A DNA stretch of 64,000 nucleotides from an uncultured virus (IMG/VR IMGVR_UViG_3300030707_000002) (IMGVR_UViG_3300030707_000002); one strand, 5' to 3'; shown: positions 19,117-28,847, counted from the first letter of the stretch. Numbers and translations are program-made. Notes: a model not told the origin generated them from the sequence alone.

Positions 19117-19937
19117 TGGCAGCAAGTCCCATCCATTTGGATACGCCCGTGTTCGTCGAGCGAGTGTTCGGAAGGGCCGAGATGCGTCGCCTCGCGGACG
19201 CCCTGGTCAAGCAGCCCGGAGCGACTTCGTCGAGCTACGTTCGGCAGCAATTCAAGGCGACGTTTCTCTCCGCGGCGGTATTGGCGCACAACAAGCTCAA
19301 AGAGACCGGCGACATCCCCGATGCGCTTGAAGCGCTTGACACATACCCTGTTCAAGAAAAACAAGGTCAGAAAGCTCGCAAAGTCATGATCGCCTTGATG
19401 CGTCGTAACGAGCCGGTGAACGCGATGATCGCGACGCTGGCGCGTTGGATCGAGGTCGAGATCCTCAAAAAGTTTGATCGTGGTCTCCTGCTCACCGACG
19501 CTACGAAGTGCTGCTGGGCAAGCGCGACCCCCCAGCGAGACAGCAACGGCTTCTATCGCTTTCGGGCGAAGTGCACGCTCGAAGAGCGTCAGCCGTGTGC
19601 GATCGACGAATTCTGGACGGACCGGAAACACCACCTTCAAGTGATTGCAACGACTGCTGGCAAGGGTGTGCCCAAGCACGTCAACGCTGCGAGCAAGGCG
19701 GCCAAAGAGGTTGTCAGCGAGGACAAGCCCCCGAGGGGGAAGCGATGCTGGTACGCGCTGAGCGACGCCGTGATCGTTTGTGAGTCAGCCGTGGGGAGCC
19801 AGCTTGCCACCACCAACGTCAAAGACTTCGTACCCCTCGCCGCTGCGGCGAACGAGGACCGCACCGTCGTCCATCCGTTCAAAGTCGGCGGCGGTAAGGC
19901 GCCCGCGGCGCCGGCCCCCGCACAATCGACGTCGTGA
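19116..19937 (+). CDS. divergent PIN-domain-like protein with Cys-rich insertion
   Basis: N-terminal HLDTPVF; C-terminal SDAVIV and LATTNVKDF PIN-type motifs. Confidence 0.55.
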   Translation: MAASPIHLDTPVFVERVFGRAEMRRLADALVKQPGATSSSYVRQQFKATFLSAAVLAHNKLKETGDIPDALEALDTYPVQEKQGQKARKVMIALMRRNEPVNAMIATLARWIEVEILKKFDRGLLLTDATKCCWASATPQRDSNGFYRFRAKCTLEERQPCAIDEFWTDRKHHLQVIATTAGKGVPKHVNAASKAAKEVVSEDKPPRGKRCWYALSDAVIVCESAVGSQLATTNVKDFVPLAAAANEDRTVVHPFKVGGGKAPAAPAPAQSTS

Positions 19938-20403
19938 CGATCCGCACCGACCCACTCGTCCCGAAAATACACTACCGGGCCAGGCCCGCTGCCGGCGTAG
20001 GCCGGCCGTCGATTCCCGTTCGCTCTACGCAAGGCGCGAGGGCGCTACTCGCCATCGCGGCCGAGGCATTCGGCCGCCGCTTCAGTCTCTGCTGCGGGCC
20101 GCGAGGGGTGCCGGCGTCGGGCAATGCCCCCGTCGGTTCGGTTCCTCGGCCGCCGCGTGTACGTCGGCGCGGTGGTGGCCGTGGCGAGCGCGATCGCACT
20201 CACGACGATGGCCACGATCGCTGTCGTCCGAGCGACGGGCGTCGCACGACGCGCCGGTGGGCGCGCTGGTGGCGCGATCGAGGGACCAAAGGGGCTTTGC
20301 ACAATAAAGAGCGCCCGCACAACGATTCGGGAGGCTGCACAATAATTGCGCGACGCGTTAGGAAACTTGGCCCTGGCGTACCCACGCGCGAGCATCGGGT
20401 GGC

Positions 20404-21255
20404 GTGCCAAAGCCGTTCCCGATCATCGAGGCGTTCGGCTACGCGGCTGACGCCGCCACCCCTGAGGCGTTGGACGCGCGGGCGCGGCGCTGGTGTCGCT
20501 TCACGGGGACACCGTGCGAGAAGTACCGCCAATACGGGTACGGCAACTGCTCCGTGACCTACGCGGCGGCGGGCGACATGGGCGCCCAGCGCACCTACGC
20601 CGTGTGCGACCATCGGCTCGACGGCGAACCGATCGGGCTGGCCCAACGCGACCACTTCGGCGCGACGGAGAGCCGGCTCGTCCCCGAGATCGTGCTTACG
20701 AGCCCGCGCACCTCGTTCGATTATGTGGCGTTCGAGGTGGGCTGCATCGAGAACATCATCGCCATCGAGACGCAGGCCATCGACATGCGGGGCGGCGGTG
20801 TCGGCCCGGCGTGGAAGGCGTGGGAGGACAGCAAGGTCGACGAATGGCGCTCGTACTTCACTGCGGCGTCGCTCGCTGAGAACCGGAGGGACACCGTGGC
20901 CTACGGGGTCAACATGGCGAACATCTACAAGCGCCTCGGTTTGCAGGTCGCCACGAAGGGCACCTATCTCAAAAACGTCGGTGACGTTCCCTTCTACGTC
21001 CTGATGCAGGATCGGCCGTTCGAGTACCTCCACACGCGGATCCCATTCGAGACCGTGACCGGACCGTGGGAGATCACGTTCATGACGTTCGATTACGGCG
21101 CTCGCCAGCCGGACGGAAGCTACGAGTTCCCCGTGCGTCAGGTCGTACGGACGACGCTGGACAAGTACGTCGCGGCAATGTCCGCCACCCTTGAGGTGTC
21201 GGAAACGGCTAGAGCCGACTTCTTGGACCGCGTTCGTCGCAAGGCTGGGCTGTAG
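20404..21255 (+). CDS. NotI-family type II restriction endonuclease
   Basis: EAFG...WCRF...PCEK...GNCSV...VCDHRL Cys4 metal site; FDYV...AIETQAID PD-(D/E)xK-like core. Confidence 0.75.
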   Translation: MPKPFPIIEAFGYAADAATPEALDARARRWCRFTGTPCEKYRQYGYGNCSVTYAAAGDMGAQRTYAVCDHRLDGEPIGLAQRDHFGATESRLVPEIVLTSPRTSFDYVAFEVGCIENIIAIETQAIDMRGGGVGPAWKAWEDSKVDEWRSYFTAASLAENRRDTVAYGVNMANIYKRLGLQVATKGTYLKNVGDVPFYVLMQDRPFEYLHTRIPFETVTGPWEITFMTFDYGARQPDGSYEFPVRQVVRTTLDKYVAAMSATLEVSETARADFLDRVRRKAGL

Positions 21256-21260
21256 CTCGC

Positions 21261-22205
21261 TCACGCGCCCTCTTGGATCGCCTCGCTGGCGCACTGAGCA
21301 AACTCCGGCGACAAGTCAAAACCGATTGCATTGCGCCCCGACTCGACCGCCACCTTGAGGGCACTTCCGGTGCCGCAGAACGGATCGAGCACGGTGCCGC
21401 CTGAGGGGCACGAGCTGAGGATGCGGGGACGTATGAGATCCTCTGGGAACGTGGCCGAGTGTCCATCGCGCCCGGCCCGCACGTTGTAGGTCACGACGTC
21501 GAGCGCACCTGGCTCGACGGCCTGCATATTGTAGAAGTAGCTCGCGCGACCCTCCTTTGGGCGAAGCGCGAAGTGGTAGAAGTGTTCGTGAGCAAGCCGG
21601 AGCCGATCTGTCTCGGGCCGGGGTGGGACGTTCGGCTTGAACCAGATCAGGTCGTTGCGAAGGATCCATCGATCGTCCTGCATGCCGATGGCAAAGCGCG
21701 CCGGGACCTGCAAAAGCTGTTTCTCCTGACGGTAGCCGCCCATCGGAGTGCGACGACGGACGCGAGGATTGTTCCCGAGGCCCTGACGCCCGTTCTCTCG
21801 GATGCTGGCCCAGCGCGCGAAATACGTGTCGCCGATGTTGACCCACACGCTCGCGCGCGGCTTCAAGGCGTGGCGGATCCGCCCGAGGATTTCAACGAGG
21901 TGAGCTACGTACCATTCGGGTACCGGCTCCAAGCCAAGAAGCCCGCCGTGTTCTCGATACCAGGCATACGGAGGCGGACTCTCGACCGAGCCGCCTGCCG
22001 CCTTCCACGTGTCAAGGATCTTCCAATCGTGCTCGCCGCCGTAGGCTCGATGCCCCCAGTACGGTGGGCTGGTGATCACAAGGTCAACGCTCTTCGGGAC
22101 AAGTGCGGCGCCGAGATCGTAGGCATCGCCATGCAACACCGACCCGCTGGCGTCACCTCGATGTCGCTCAACATCGAGCACCAGCTTTAGCTTCGTCTGA
22201 TGCAC
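21261..22205 (-). CDS. N4/N6 amino-DNA methyltransferase (beta class); start uncertain
   Basis: VITSPPY (motif IV) N-terminal to HSATFP and VLDPFCGTG (motif I). Confidence 0.9.
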   Translation of the reverse strand: MHQTKLKLVLDVERHRGDASGSVLHGDAYDLGAALVPKSVDLVITSPPYWGHRAYGGEHDWKILDTWKAAGGSVESPPPYAWYREHGGLLGLEPVPEWYVAHLVEILGRIRHALKPRASVWVNIGDTYFARWASIRENGRQGLGNNPRVRRRTPMGGYRQEKQLLQVPARFAIGMQDDRWILRNDLIWFKPNVPPRPETDRLRLAHEHFYHFALRPKEGRASYFYNMQAVEPGALDVVTYNVRAGRDGHSATFPEDLIRPRILSSCPSGGTVLDPFCGTGSALKVAVESGRNAIGFDLSPEFAQCASEAIQEGA

Positions 22206-22330
22206 CGTGCCGACGACTCTGCGGCCAGAACGGCTCTCCACAGGCGCCTTTTTCTGGCGCACTGAGCGCGCGTTCCCACAGTCTGCCCCCACCTGAACAC
22301 ACACGGCTTTTCCACTGGCCTTATCCACAG

Positions 22331-22501
22331 CTAGCCCGACTTCCTGGCCGCTTCGTTGGCCAAGTGGCGTAGCCATCCGCTCAGGCCACCGCGATCGTCC
22401 TTCTCAGCCGCCCGCGTCCACGCCTCTTTTTCTTCCGCCGTCACGCGGATGAGTACCTGCTCACCTTTGGCTGACCTCGCCTTCTTACGCTTCGCACCCA
22501 T
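22331..22501 (-). CDS. ribbon-helix-helix regulator
   Basis: VLIRVTAEEKEAW...LSGWLRHLA; leaderless divergent promoter. Confidence 0.75.
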   Translation of the reverse strand: MGAKRKKARSAKGEQVLIRVTAEEKEAWTRAAEKDDRGGLSGWLRHLANEAARKSG

Positions 22502-22508
22502 GCGAGAC

Positions 22509-22570
22509 ACTGTATAGACGCTGTATGTCCATGTCAAGCGCTTGACGAGCGGAGCAAACGTAGTTACAGT
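22509..22570. promoter_or_regulatory. back-to-back leaderless sigma70 promoters
   Basis: palindrome GTCAAGCGCTTGAC (22533-22546) supplies both -35 boxes; each has a 17 nt spacer and TACAGT -10 (22565-22570 plus; 22514-22509 minus) 6-7 nt before an ATG. Confidence 0.8.
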
Positions 22571-22576
22571 GTATAT

Positions 22577-23806
22577 ATGAACGCAAGAGAGGAACGCGGC
22601 AAGACACTGGCCCAGGACAAGCGGATAAAGCGGGTCGAGAGCGCTCTCTGGTTCGTCCCGTCGCAGACGAAGAACGCGGGCGGCTACCTCGTGAACGTCC
22701 TGGCCTCGACGTGCTCGTGCCCGGACCACGAAGAGCGCATGGTCAAGTGCAAGCACATGTGGGCCGTCGAGCTTTCGCAGACGGTCACCGTGGAAGAGGG
22801 CGCGGACGGATCGCGCACGGTCACGCAGACCACGACCATCCGAAAGACGTACGGCCAAGACTGGACGCACTACAACGCCGCGCAGTGCGCCGAGAAGGAG
22901 ACCGTCCAGACGCTCCTTCGCTCGCTCTGCGACGGCATCGTGACGCCTCCGCACCCCGGACGGGGCCCCAAGCCCATCCCGCTCTCCGACGCGGTTTACG
23001 GCATGGTGATGAAGTCGTGGACGGGCCTTTCCGCCCGACGCGCGACGAGCGACATACGAGCCTGCGCGGATGCGGGCCACATGACGAAGGCGCCGCACTT
23101 CAACTCGATCCTCAACTACTTCGAGAAGCCCGAGATGACGCTGCTCCTCTCCGCGCTCATCCAGGACTGCGCCACGCCGCTCACGAGCATCGACACGCGC
23201 TTCGCCGTGGACTCCACCGGCTTTGGCACCGTGACGTATCACCGATGGTACGACCAGAAGTACGGGCGCGAGATGAAGCGGGCCACATGGCTCAAGGCTC
23301 ACGCGATCGTAGGCTGTACGAGCAACGTAATCGCTGCCGTGCACGTGACCGACTCGGACGCCAACGACTGCCCCGAGCTTCCTGCGCTCGTCGAGTCGGT
23401 CGCCGCCAACGGCTTCGACATGCGCGCCGTCTCGGCCGACAAGGCGTACCTCTCGCACGCGAACCTTGCGAAGATCGAAAGCGTCGGCGCTGTGCCCTAC
23501 ATCCCGTTCAAGTCGAACAGCGGATCGACGGGCTCGGAAGCGTGGCGCCGCATGTGGGGCCTCTTCATGTACCGGCAAGCCGACTTCGCGGCCGAGTACC
23601 ACAAGCGCTCGCTCTCCGAGTCCGCGTTCAGCGCGATCAAGCGGAAGTTTGGGCCATCCGTGCGCAGCAAGGGCTTCGTCGCGCAAGTGAACGAAGTGCT
23701 CTGCAAGGTACTCGCGTATGACCTGTCCTGCCTCGTTCATGCGATGCACCAACTTGGCGTCGAGCCGACGTTCTCAGGCACGCGCACGCTGGCGGTGGCG
23801 TCGTGA
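22577..23806 (+). CDS. DDE transposase (IS5/IS4-like) with N-terminal SWIM zinc finger
   Basis: CSCPD...CKH SWIM; FAVDSTG, ADKAY, YHKRSLSESAFSAIK DDE motifs. Confidence 0.9.
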   Translation: MNAREERGKTLAQDKRIKRVESALWFVPSQTKNAGGYLVNVLASTCSCPDHEERMVKCKHMWAVELSQTVTVEEGADGSRTVTQTTTIRKTYGQDWTHYNAAQCAEKETVQTLLRSLCDGIVTPPHPGRGPKPIPLSDAVYGMVMKSWTGLSARRATSDIRACADAGHMTKAPHFNSILNYFEKPEMTLLLSALIQDCATPLTSIDTRFAVDSTGFGTVTYHRWYDQKYGREMKRATWLKAHAIVGCTSNVIAAVHVTDSDANDCPELPALVESVAANGFDMRAVSADKAYLSHANLAKIESVGAVPYIPFKSNSGSTGSEAWRRMWGLFMYRQADFAAEYHKRSLSESAFSAIKRKFGPSVRSKGFVAQVNEVLCKVLAYDLSCLVHAMHQLGVEPTFSGTRTLAVAS

Positions 23807-24072
23807 ACTTCACCCTGAGCCCGAAGGAAGCGGTGAACGTGCGGACGGCTGCGCGGTTCCTGCGAGCCAGCATGGGCGGTTGGCTCAACGTCGCCAAAGC
23901 GCTGCACGTCGACGTCTCGACGGCCAAGAGGGCGCCCACGCCCATCCTGGCCTTCCGGCTGGCGCGGCTTGTGGGCGTCGGCGTGGACGACGTTCTCACC
24001 GGGAAGTACCCGCCCGCTGGGGTCTGCGCCCACTGTGGGCATGCCGCCACCATTGACGCGGCTGCACAATGA
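23803..24072 (+). CDS. small HTH protein with C-terminal CxxC
   Basis: GTGA-coupled to transposase; VAKALHVDVST HTH; CAHCG. Confidence 0.7.
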   Translation: MNFTLSPKEAVNVRTAARFLRASMGGWLNVAKALHVDVSTAKRAPTPILAFRLARLVGVGVDDVLTGKYPPAGVCAHCGHAATIDAAAQ

Positions 24073-24185
24073 TTCGCGCCGCTGCACAACGAACGGGTCG
24101 GGAAGGGCAATCATTGTGCAAAGCCGACCAAAGGAATCGAGCGACTGAGCAGATTGAGTCGGCAAGACGTTGGGGATCACGTCAG

Positions 24186-24614
24186 CTAGGCGACGCCGAC
24201 GAGGTGCTTCACGACGCGCAGCGAGAGGTCCTGGACGGATGCGAACAGTCCCGCGAACTGCGTCATGTCCTTGACCGGTGGGCGCCAGACTTCACGGCGG
24301 CCTTCGACGCCGTGCCCGTAGAAGTCGATGAGGATCGAATCGTCCTGAAGCATGCAGGTGCAGACGACTTGGCGCCCGGGCGCATCAACTTGCAGCGTCG
24401 GTCCGTAGAGCTGCAGGGTGCAGTCTCTCCCGGATTCGCGCATCCGCGTGGCGGCGTTGGCGAGCAACCCGTGCAGCAGTGCGAATGCTAGATGCGCGAC
24501 CACGACTCCTTGCTCGCTTGCGGTCAGGTTGGCGCTCCACTCGCGGAGGGCTTGATCCTCCTGACGCTTGGCGGCGCTGAGGAGGTCCCGCACGGCGTCG
24601 TCGAATCCGCCCAC
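24186..24614 (-). CDS. hypothetical protein
   Basis: leaderless TACGTT-N6-GTG; protein-like composition. Confidence 0.5.
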   Translation of the reverse strand: MGGFDDAVRDLLSAAKRQEDQALREWSANLTASEQGVVVAHLAFALLHGLLANAATRMRESGRDCTLQLYGPTLQVDAPGRQVVCTCMLQDDSILIDFYGHGVEGRREVWRPPVKDMTQFAGLFASVQDLSLRVVKHLVGVA

Positions 24615-24846
24615 GGGGGCAACGTAAGGGCGTGGCCGGTGGTGTCAACGCCCGTCCTCGGCCTCGACGAGCTTTGGCGTCGTTATGCACCGCGGGAGCT
24701 GCCGTCGTCCCAAAAAGACCGATACTTCGGGACGGAGCCCACGAAGCACCGCCCGCCACCTACCCACGACGCGACAGGGTTCGGCGGTGGTTCGGCTGGG
24801 CAGGTGAGGCTTTTGGCCCGGAGGGTTGGGTGGTACCTTCCGGGCC

Positions 24847-25254
24847 ATGCCTGTTTCCGCCATCGTTGCTGCTTTTCGAGAAGCGATCCGGTCGAAGAAG
24901 ACCGCTCGCAAAGATGACGTCGATCTCAGTGTTGTTTCGCACTGCGTTGCGCAGGCACTCGCATTGACGCCCGCCGAACTCACGCGGGTGACCGCTGAAG
25001 TCCGCGCCGGGATCGCGGAGGGTACCTTCAAAGTCTCGGTGCCACACGACGGGGCCGGCAGCATCGACGAGACCCAGTTGCCGCCCATGCCCAGTCTGCC
25101 GCCGGCGACGGTTCACGCGCAGCGGCCCGGGTCGGCGGTGAGCGATCGGCTGGTCACCCGGCTCATCAAAACGTGTGCGACGTTGACCCCGAAGGAACTG
25201 ACGCTCGTGACCCAGGGGGTGCGGGCGGGGGTGGCGGCGCGGTCGCGCCCATGA
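24847..25254 (+). CDS. hypothetical protein with duplicated LTPxELTxVT motif
   Basis: ALTPAELTRVT..VRAG and TLTPKELTLVT..VRAG. Confidence 0.5.
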   Translation: MPVSAIVAAFREAIRSKKTARKDDVDLSVVSHCVAQALALTPAELTRVTAEVRAGIAEGTFKVSVPHDGAGSIDETQLPPMPSLPPATVHAQRPGSAVSDRLVTRLIKTCATLTPKELTLVTQGVRAGVAARSRP

Positions 25255-25282
25255 GCGACTGGTGTGATACCCTCGGCGACGA

Positions 25283-26077
25283 ATGTACGAGGTCAAGCAG
25301 GCGCACCTCGCCCGTGCCATCGACATCCTTCGTGCCGGCCCTCTGACGGCGGCTCAATTCGCGGCTCGGATGTGGCCAGACCGTCGAAACGACGAGGGCG
25401 GCGAGCGTTCGCACAGCCAGCAGTCCCACGCCGGTCACGCCTTTCTGCGCCGACTCCTTACCCTTGCGTACGTGGATCGCGTGGGCGATCTCTGGACGAT
25501 CCGCCAATTCTCCGCGAACGGATCTGCCAGTCATTCTGCGAACGGTTTCGCGGATCCGTACACGAATGGTCTGCCGAATGGTCTGCCGGGTGGCCCCACC
25601 AACGGACCAACGAATCATCTCCCGCGGCATTCGCCGGACGCGTTGCAGGATTCACAGGCGGAACGATTGCGGCTCGGGCGGCTTGTTCATCAAGCGGCCG
25701 AATCGGTGCCGACCGTCACGCACGACGCCGCGTTCGGCGACATCCGGATCCGATCGATCGCGCTCGACGGTGCGCTTGTTGAAGCCTGCGGACTCGTTGT
25801 GCTTTCAGGCGAGAGCATGAACGTTTACCTCCCCTGCGGTGCACAGATGCTCGTCGGCCTCTCGCCGGCGGAGGGGGCGCGAGCACTCTTTTTGAAGTGG
25901 ACCCAATCGGGTCAACCCCCCGATGTGCCGCGCGCGGGAGCCTGGATTCGCATCGAGGACGGGTTCGTCGCGACGCCGGGCTTTTGGCGCCCCGCAGGAG
26001 CGCCGGCGGGTTGGGTCGACCCGGAGGACATCCGCGCACGGATTCATCGTCAGCGGGTCAATGCGGGGCTCGCGTGA
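25283..26077 (+). CDS. hypothetical protein with N-terminal winged-helix-like region and NG-rich linker
   Basis: LRAGPLTAAQFAARMW...LRRL...YV; SANG/TNG/PNG repeats. Confidence 0.55.
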   Translation: MYEVKQAHLARAIDILRAGPLTAAQFAARMWPDRRNDEGGERSHSQQSHAGHAFLRRLLTLAYVDRVGDLWTIRQFSANGSASHSANGFADPYTNGLPNGLPGGPTNGPTNHLPRHSPDALQDSQAERLRLGRLVHQAAESVPTVTHDAAFGDIRIRSIALDGALVEACGLVVLSGESMNVYLPCGAQMLVGLSPAEGARALFLKWTQSGQPPDVPRAGAWIRIEDGFVATPGFWRPAGAPAGWVDPEDIRARIHRQRVNAGLA

Positions 26078-26361
26078 CCCCTTCTAGGAAGCCCCGGTGG
26101 CCGTGCTGGTGGTGTGCGTTGGCCGCTGGCCTCTGCGCGGAGCTCGCCTGCCGGATCTGCCTGCCTTTCTGGCGTCCGGGCGTGTTCTTCGACCCGTGGT
26201 GGTGGACCCTCTACGCCGCATTTCGCGTTCTCTTCGAGCGCGTCCACCACCGCGACGATGACGACGACCGGAGGCGGCGCCGCCGCCGGCGCGCGGCGGG
26301 GGCTATCGCACCGCCGCTGGTCGCGCCGGCCATAACACACGGGTCGGGCGCTGGACTGCGA

Positions 26362-26748
26362 TCAGGTGTTCGGTTTTGACGGGCTTTCAGGCACAACCCG
26401 CATCGGGCGCGGAGGCCGCGGACCGAGGTCTGCGCGGTAAAGGTGCTCGCGGACCAGTGCGTCCTCACCCGCGGGGTAGACGGTGCCATCGTTGGCGACG
26501 ACGTCCTTGAAGACGGCGATTCCGCTTCGAAGATCCACCATCCGAACGTGGAGCTCGATGATGCTGACGAGGTAGTCGAAGGCTTCGTCTTTGCGGCCTT
26601 CTTTGTAGAGCACACGCGCCTGCTCGAGATCGCTCAGCGCGTCAGCGACCGTGGCGACGCGCATCTTGATGTCGTTGGTGATGCGCTCGATCTCCTCGAC
26701 CGCCGTTTTCTTCCGCTCTTCTCCAGGTCCACTTCGCGGGTTTCTCAT
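26362..26748 (-). CDS. hypothetical protein
   Basis: leaderless TAGCAT-N6-ATG; helical composition. Confidence 0.55.
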   Translation of the reverse strand: MRNPRSGPGEERKKTAVEEIERITNDIKMRVATVADALSDLEQARVLYKEGRKDEAFDYLVSIIELHVRMVDLRSGIAVFKDVVANDGTVYPAGEDALVREHLYRADLGPRPPRPMRVVPESPSKPNT

Positions 26749-26877
26749 GCGGTCATGCTAACCGATCGCGGCGGCTCATCTGAGTCGGGTGTTTTTGGGT
26801 GCCGGCGGCGTTGCGGAGCACGAAAAGGGGCATTATCGTGGCGCACCTTGTACTACATGATGACGGACTGGCGGTTT

Positions 26878-26902
26878 TTCCGATAACAGACCATTATCGG
26901 AA
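26878..26902. promoter_or_regulatory. putative tyrosine-recombinase core site (lox/dif-like)
   Basis: perfect inverted repeat TTCCGATAA-N7-TTATCGGAA, 3 nt upstream of the recombinase start. Confidence 0.7.
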
Positions 26903-26905
26903 GCA

Positions 26906-27805
26906 ATGGTCGACAAGGTGAATGCGCTTGTTTCCACACACTCTTTCCCATCCCTCCTCGCCCTCGCCGCCGAAGTGGCGGAGGACAGGACCGCTCGCGC
27001 CACTCGCCGGGGCTATGCGGCCGACTGGCGGGCCTTCGAGGCGTGGGCGGCCACACATGGCCTTGAGCCTCTTCCGGCCCGTCCGGAGACGATTGTGGCG
27101 TACCTTGCCCACCTGAGCCTGGGCCACAAGATGGCGACCATCGATCGAGCGGTCGCCGCTCTCCGCCGGGCGCACAAGGACGCGGCTGTGGAATGGCCGG
27201 ATCACCTCGCGATCCGCGAGACGCTCAAAGGGCTCCGCCGGCGGCTCCGTACGGCGCAGCGCAAGGCCACGCCGCTGCAGGACACCGACCTCGCGGCGAT
27301 GCTTGCTGGGGCCAGCGAGCGCGATCGAGCGCTCGTACTCTTGGGCTGGGCCGCCGCCCTTCGTCGGTCCGAACTCGTCGCCCTGGTCGTCAGCGACGTC
27401 GCGTTCAGCCCGAGCGGTCTGATGGTCACGCTGCGGAACTCGAAGACGGACCAGGAGGGGGAGGGGAGGACTCGCGGCGTCCCGATGGGGCGCGGACCGC
27501 TCTGCCCGGTCCGTGCGCTCTGGAAGTACCTTGCCGAGACAGGGATCACCGAGGGTCGGATCTTCCCGATCTCGGATCGGACCGCCTCGGAGATCGTCAA
27601 GCGTTTGGCGAAAGGCGCCGGCCTCGATGCCGACCGCGTGTCTGGTCACTCGCTCCGATCGGGCTTCGCGACGACTGCGGCGATCAAGGGCAAGTCCCTC
27701 GCGAGCATTATGAAGCAGACCGGACACAAGTCCGAGCGCGTCGCCCTCGGGTACATCCGGACGGCCACGGTCTGGCAAGACAACGCGGCGGACGGACTGT
27801 TGTGA
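26906..27805 (+). CDS. tyrosine recombinase (Cre-like integrase/resolvase)
   Basis: TRRGYAADW core-binding domain; LRRSEL, SKTDQ, HSLRSG, TGH and catalytic Tyr (GYIR). Confidence 0.92.
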   Translation: MVDKVNALVSTHSFPSLLALAAEVAEDRTARATRRGYAADWRAFEAWAATHGLEPLPARPETIVAYLAHLSLGHKMATIDRAVAALRRAHKDAAVEWPDHLAIRETLKGLRRRLRTAQRKATPLQDTDLAAMLAGASERDRALVLLGWAAALRRSELVALVVSDVAFSPSGLMVTLRNSKTDQEGEGRTRGVPMGRGPLCPVRALWKYLAETGITEGRIFPISDRTASEIVKRLAKGAGLDADRVSGHSLRSGFATTAAIKGKSLASIMKQTGHKSERVALGYIRTATVWQDNAADGLL

Positions 27806-28047
27806 GCGCTCGCCTGAACCGAGAAGAGGTACGGATGTTGACTTTGGCGCTAGGTCCAGGGACGTCGTGGGTCGTCGTCCATCGAGTGGGTGAGAGGACG
27901 ATCGACGATCAGCGAACGATCCGTATCGTCGACGACCTGCACGCTCGCGGGTACCTGTACTTGACCCGTTGCGGCCCAGACGGTGAGGATAACCGGTACC
28001 GCATCACCGACGCGGGTTTGCAGGCTCTGCTAAAGTCGACCGCATGA
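27802..28047 (+). CDS. small winged-helix-like protein
   Basis: GTGA-coupled; LHARGYL...YRITDAG. Confidence 0.5.
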   Translation: MSARLNREEVRMLTLALGPGTSWVVVHRVGERTIDDQRTIRIVDDLHARGYLYLTRCGPDGEDNRYRITDAGLQALLKSTA

Positions 28048-28472
28048 ACCGTCGGTCCCTCCTCGCCTCGCTGCTGTTCGCCCCGCTCGCCCGACTGCGC
28101 ACCAGGTACGCTCCGGTCTCGCCGATCCAGCGGCACCCGGCGCTTGCGAACAGCCACAAGACGGGACAGCTTCCAGAAGTTCAGTGGGATTCGCTTGACG
28201 CCGCGCAGCAGCATGTCCTCTTGCGAGCAGCAGGCAGCTACGACGGCAGTGCTGGCGCCGTTTTCCCGTGGGACTTCCCGACCGACCCACGATGGACCGC
28301 GGAGGCGTCGATCTACAACGCGGAGCGGTTGTCCGCGTGCGACAGCCTGTTCCGGCTCGGCTTGCTAACGTTCACGTCCAAGATGCCAGAGCACAATGGC
28401 GATTTATGCGGTTGGTACACGATTTCGCAGTACGGTCGTGAGATCATGCAATCGTCTTCGGTAGTCGCCTGA
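28044..28472 (+). CDS. hypothetical protein with twin-arginine-like N-terminus
   Basis: MNRRSLL; ATGA coupling. Confidence 0.5.
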   Translation: MNRRSLLASLLFAPLARLRTRYAPVSPIQRHPALANSHKTGQLPEVQWDSLDAAQQHVLLRAAGSYDGSAGAVFPWDFPTDPRWTAEASIYNAERLSACDSLFRLGLLTFTSKMPEHNGDLCGWYTISQYGREIMQSSSVVA

Positions 28473-28484
28473 AGCGCGGCTGCC

Positions 28485-28841
28485 GTGACCATCACCATCC
28501 GCCGCACGACGCTCGCCGCCCTCGAGACCGACCTCCCCGCCGTGCTCGAGGAGCTCCGCACGATGGAGCTCCGGCGCCGGCCGTTCGTCATCGTCGACGA
28601 GCCGCTCTCGAAGCGCTTCGTGCAGTTCGGCCGGATCATCAAGTCGCACCCCGGCGATGCCGAGCGAGGGGTCGCCCCGCTCGGCGAGATGGGGTTCGAC
28701 GTTCCTCTCGCCAACATCTACCTGCAGGGGTTCGGCAACGACCCGGTTGAGGGAGCGCGGCGGGCTGCGGAAGTCCTGCGTCGATGGCTGCCCGAGGAGG
28801 CGGAGCTCACGATCACGCTCGACGGCGAGCCGCTCGACTGA
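28485..28841 (+). CDS. hypothetical protein
   Basis: 118 aa ORF with strong GC3 bias. Confidence 0.6.
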   Translation: MTITIRRTTLAALETDLPAVLEELRTMELRRRPFVIVDEPLSKRFVQFGRIIKSHPGDAERGVAPLGEMGFDVPLANIYLQGFGNDPVEGARRAAEVLRRWLPEEAELTITLDGEPLD

Positions 28842-28847
28842 GGTACC

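Larger units (their letters stand above)
20293..24125. mobile_element. IS5-family (IS903-group-like) cargo-carrying element with a restriction-modification pair
   Basis: TIRs GGCTTTGCACAAT (20293-20305) and ATTGTGCAAAGCC (24113-24125); 9 bp TSD GACCAAAGG (20284-20292 and 24126-24134); DDE transposase inside. Confidence 0.9.
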
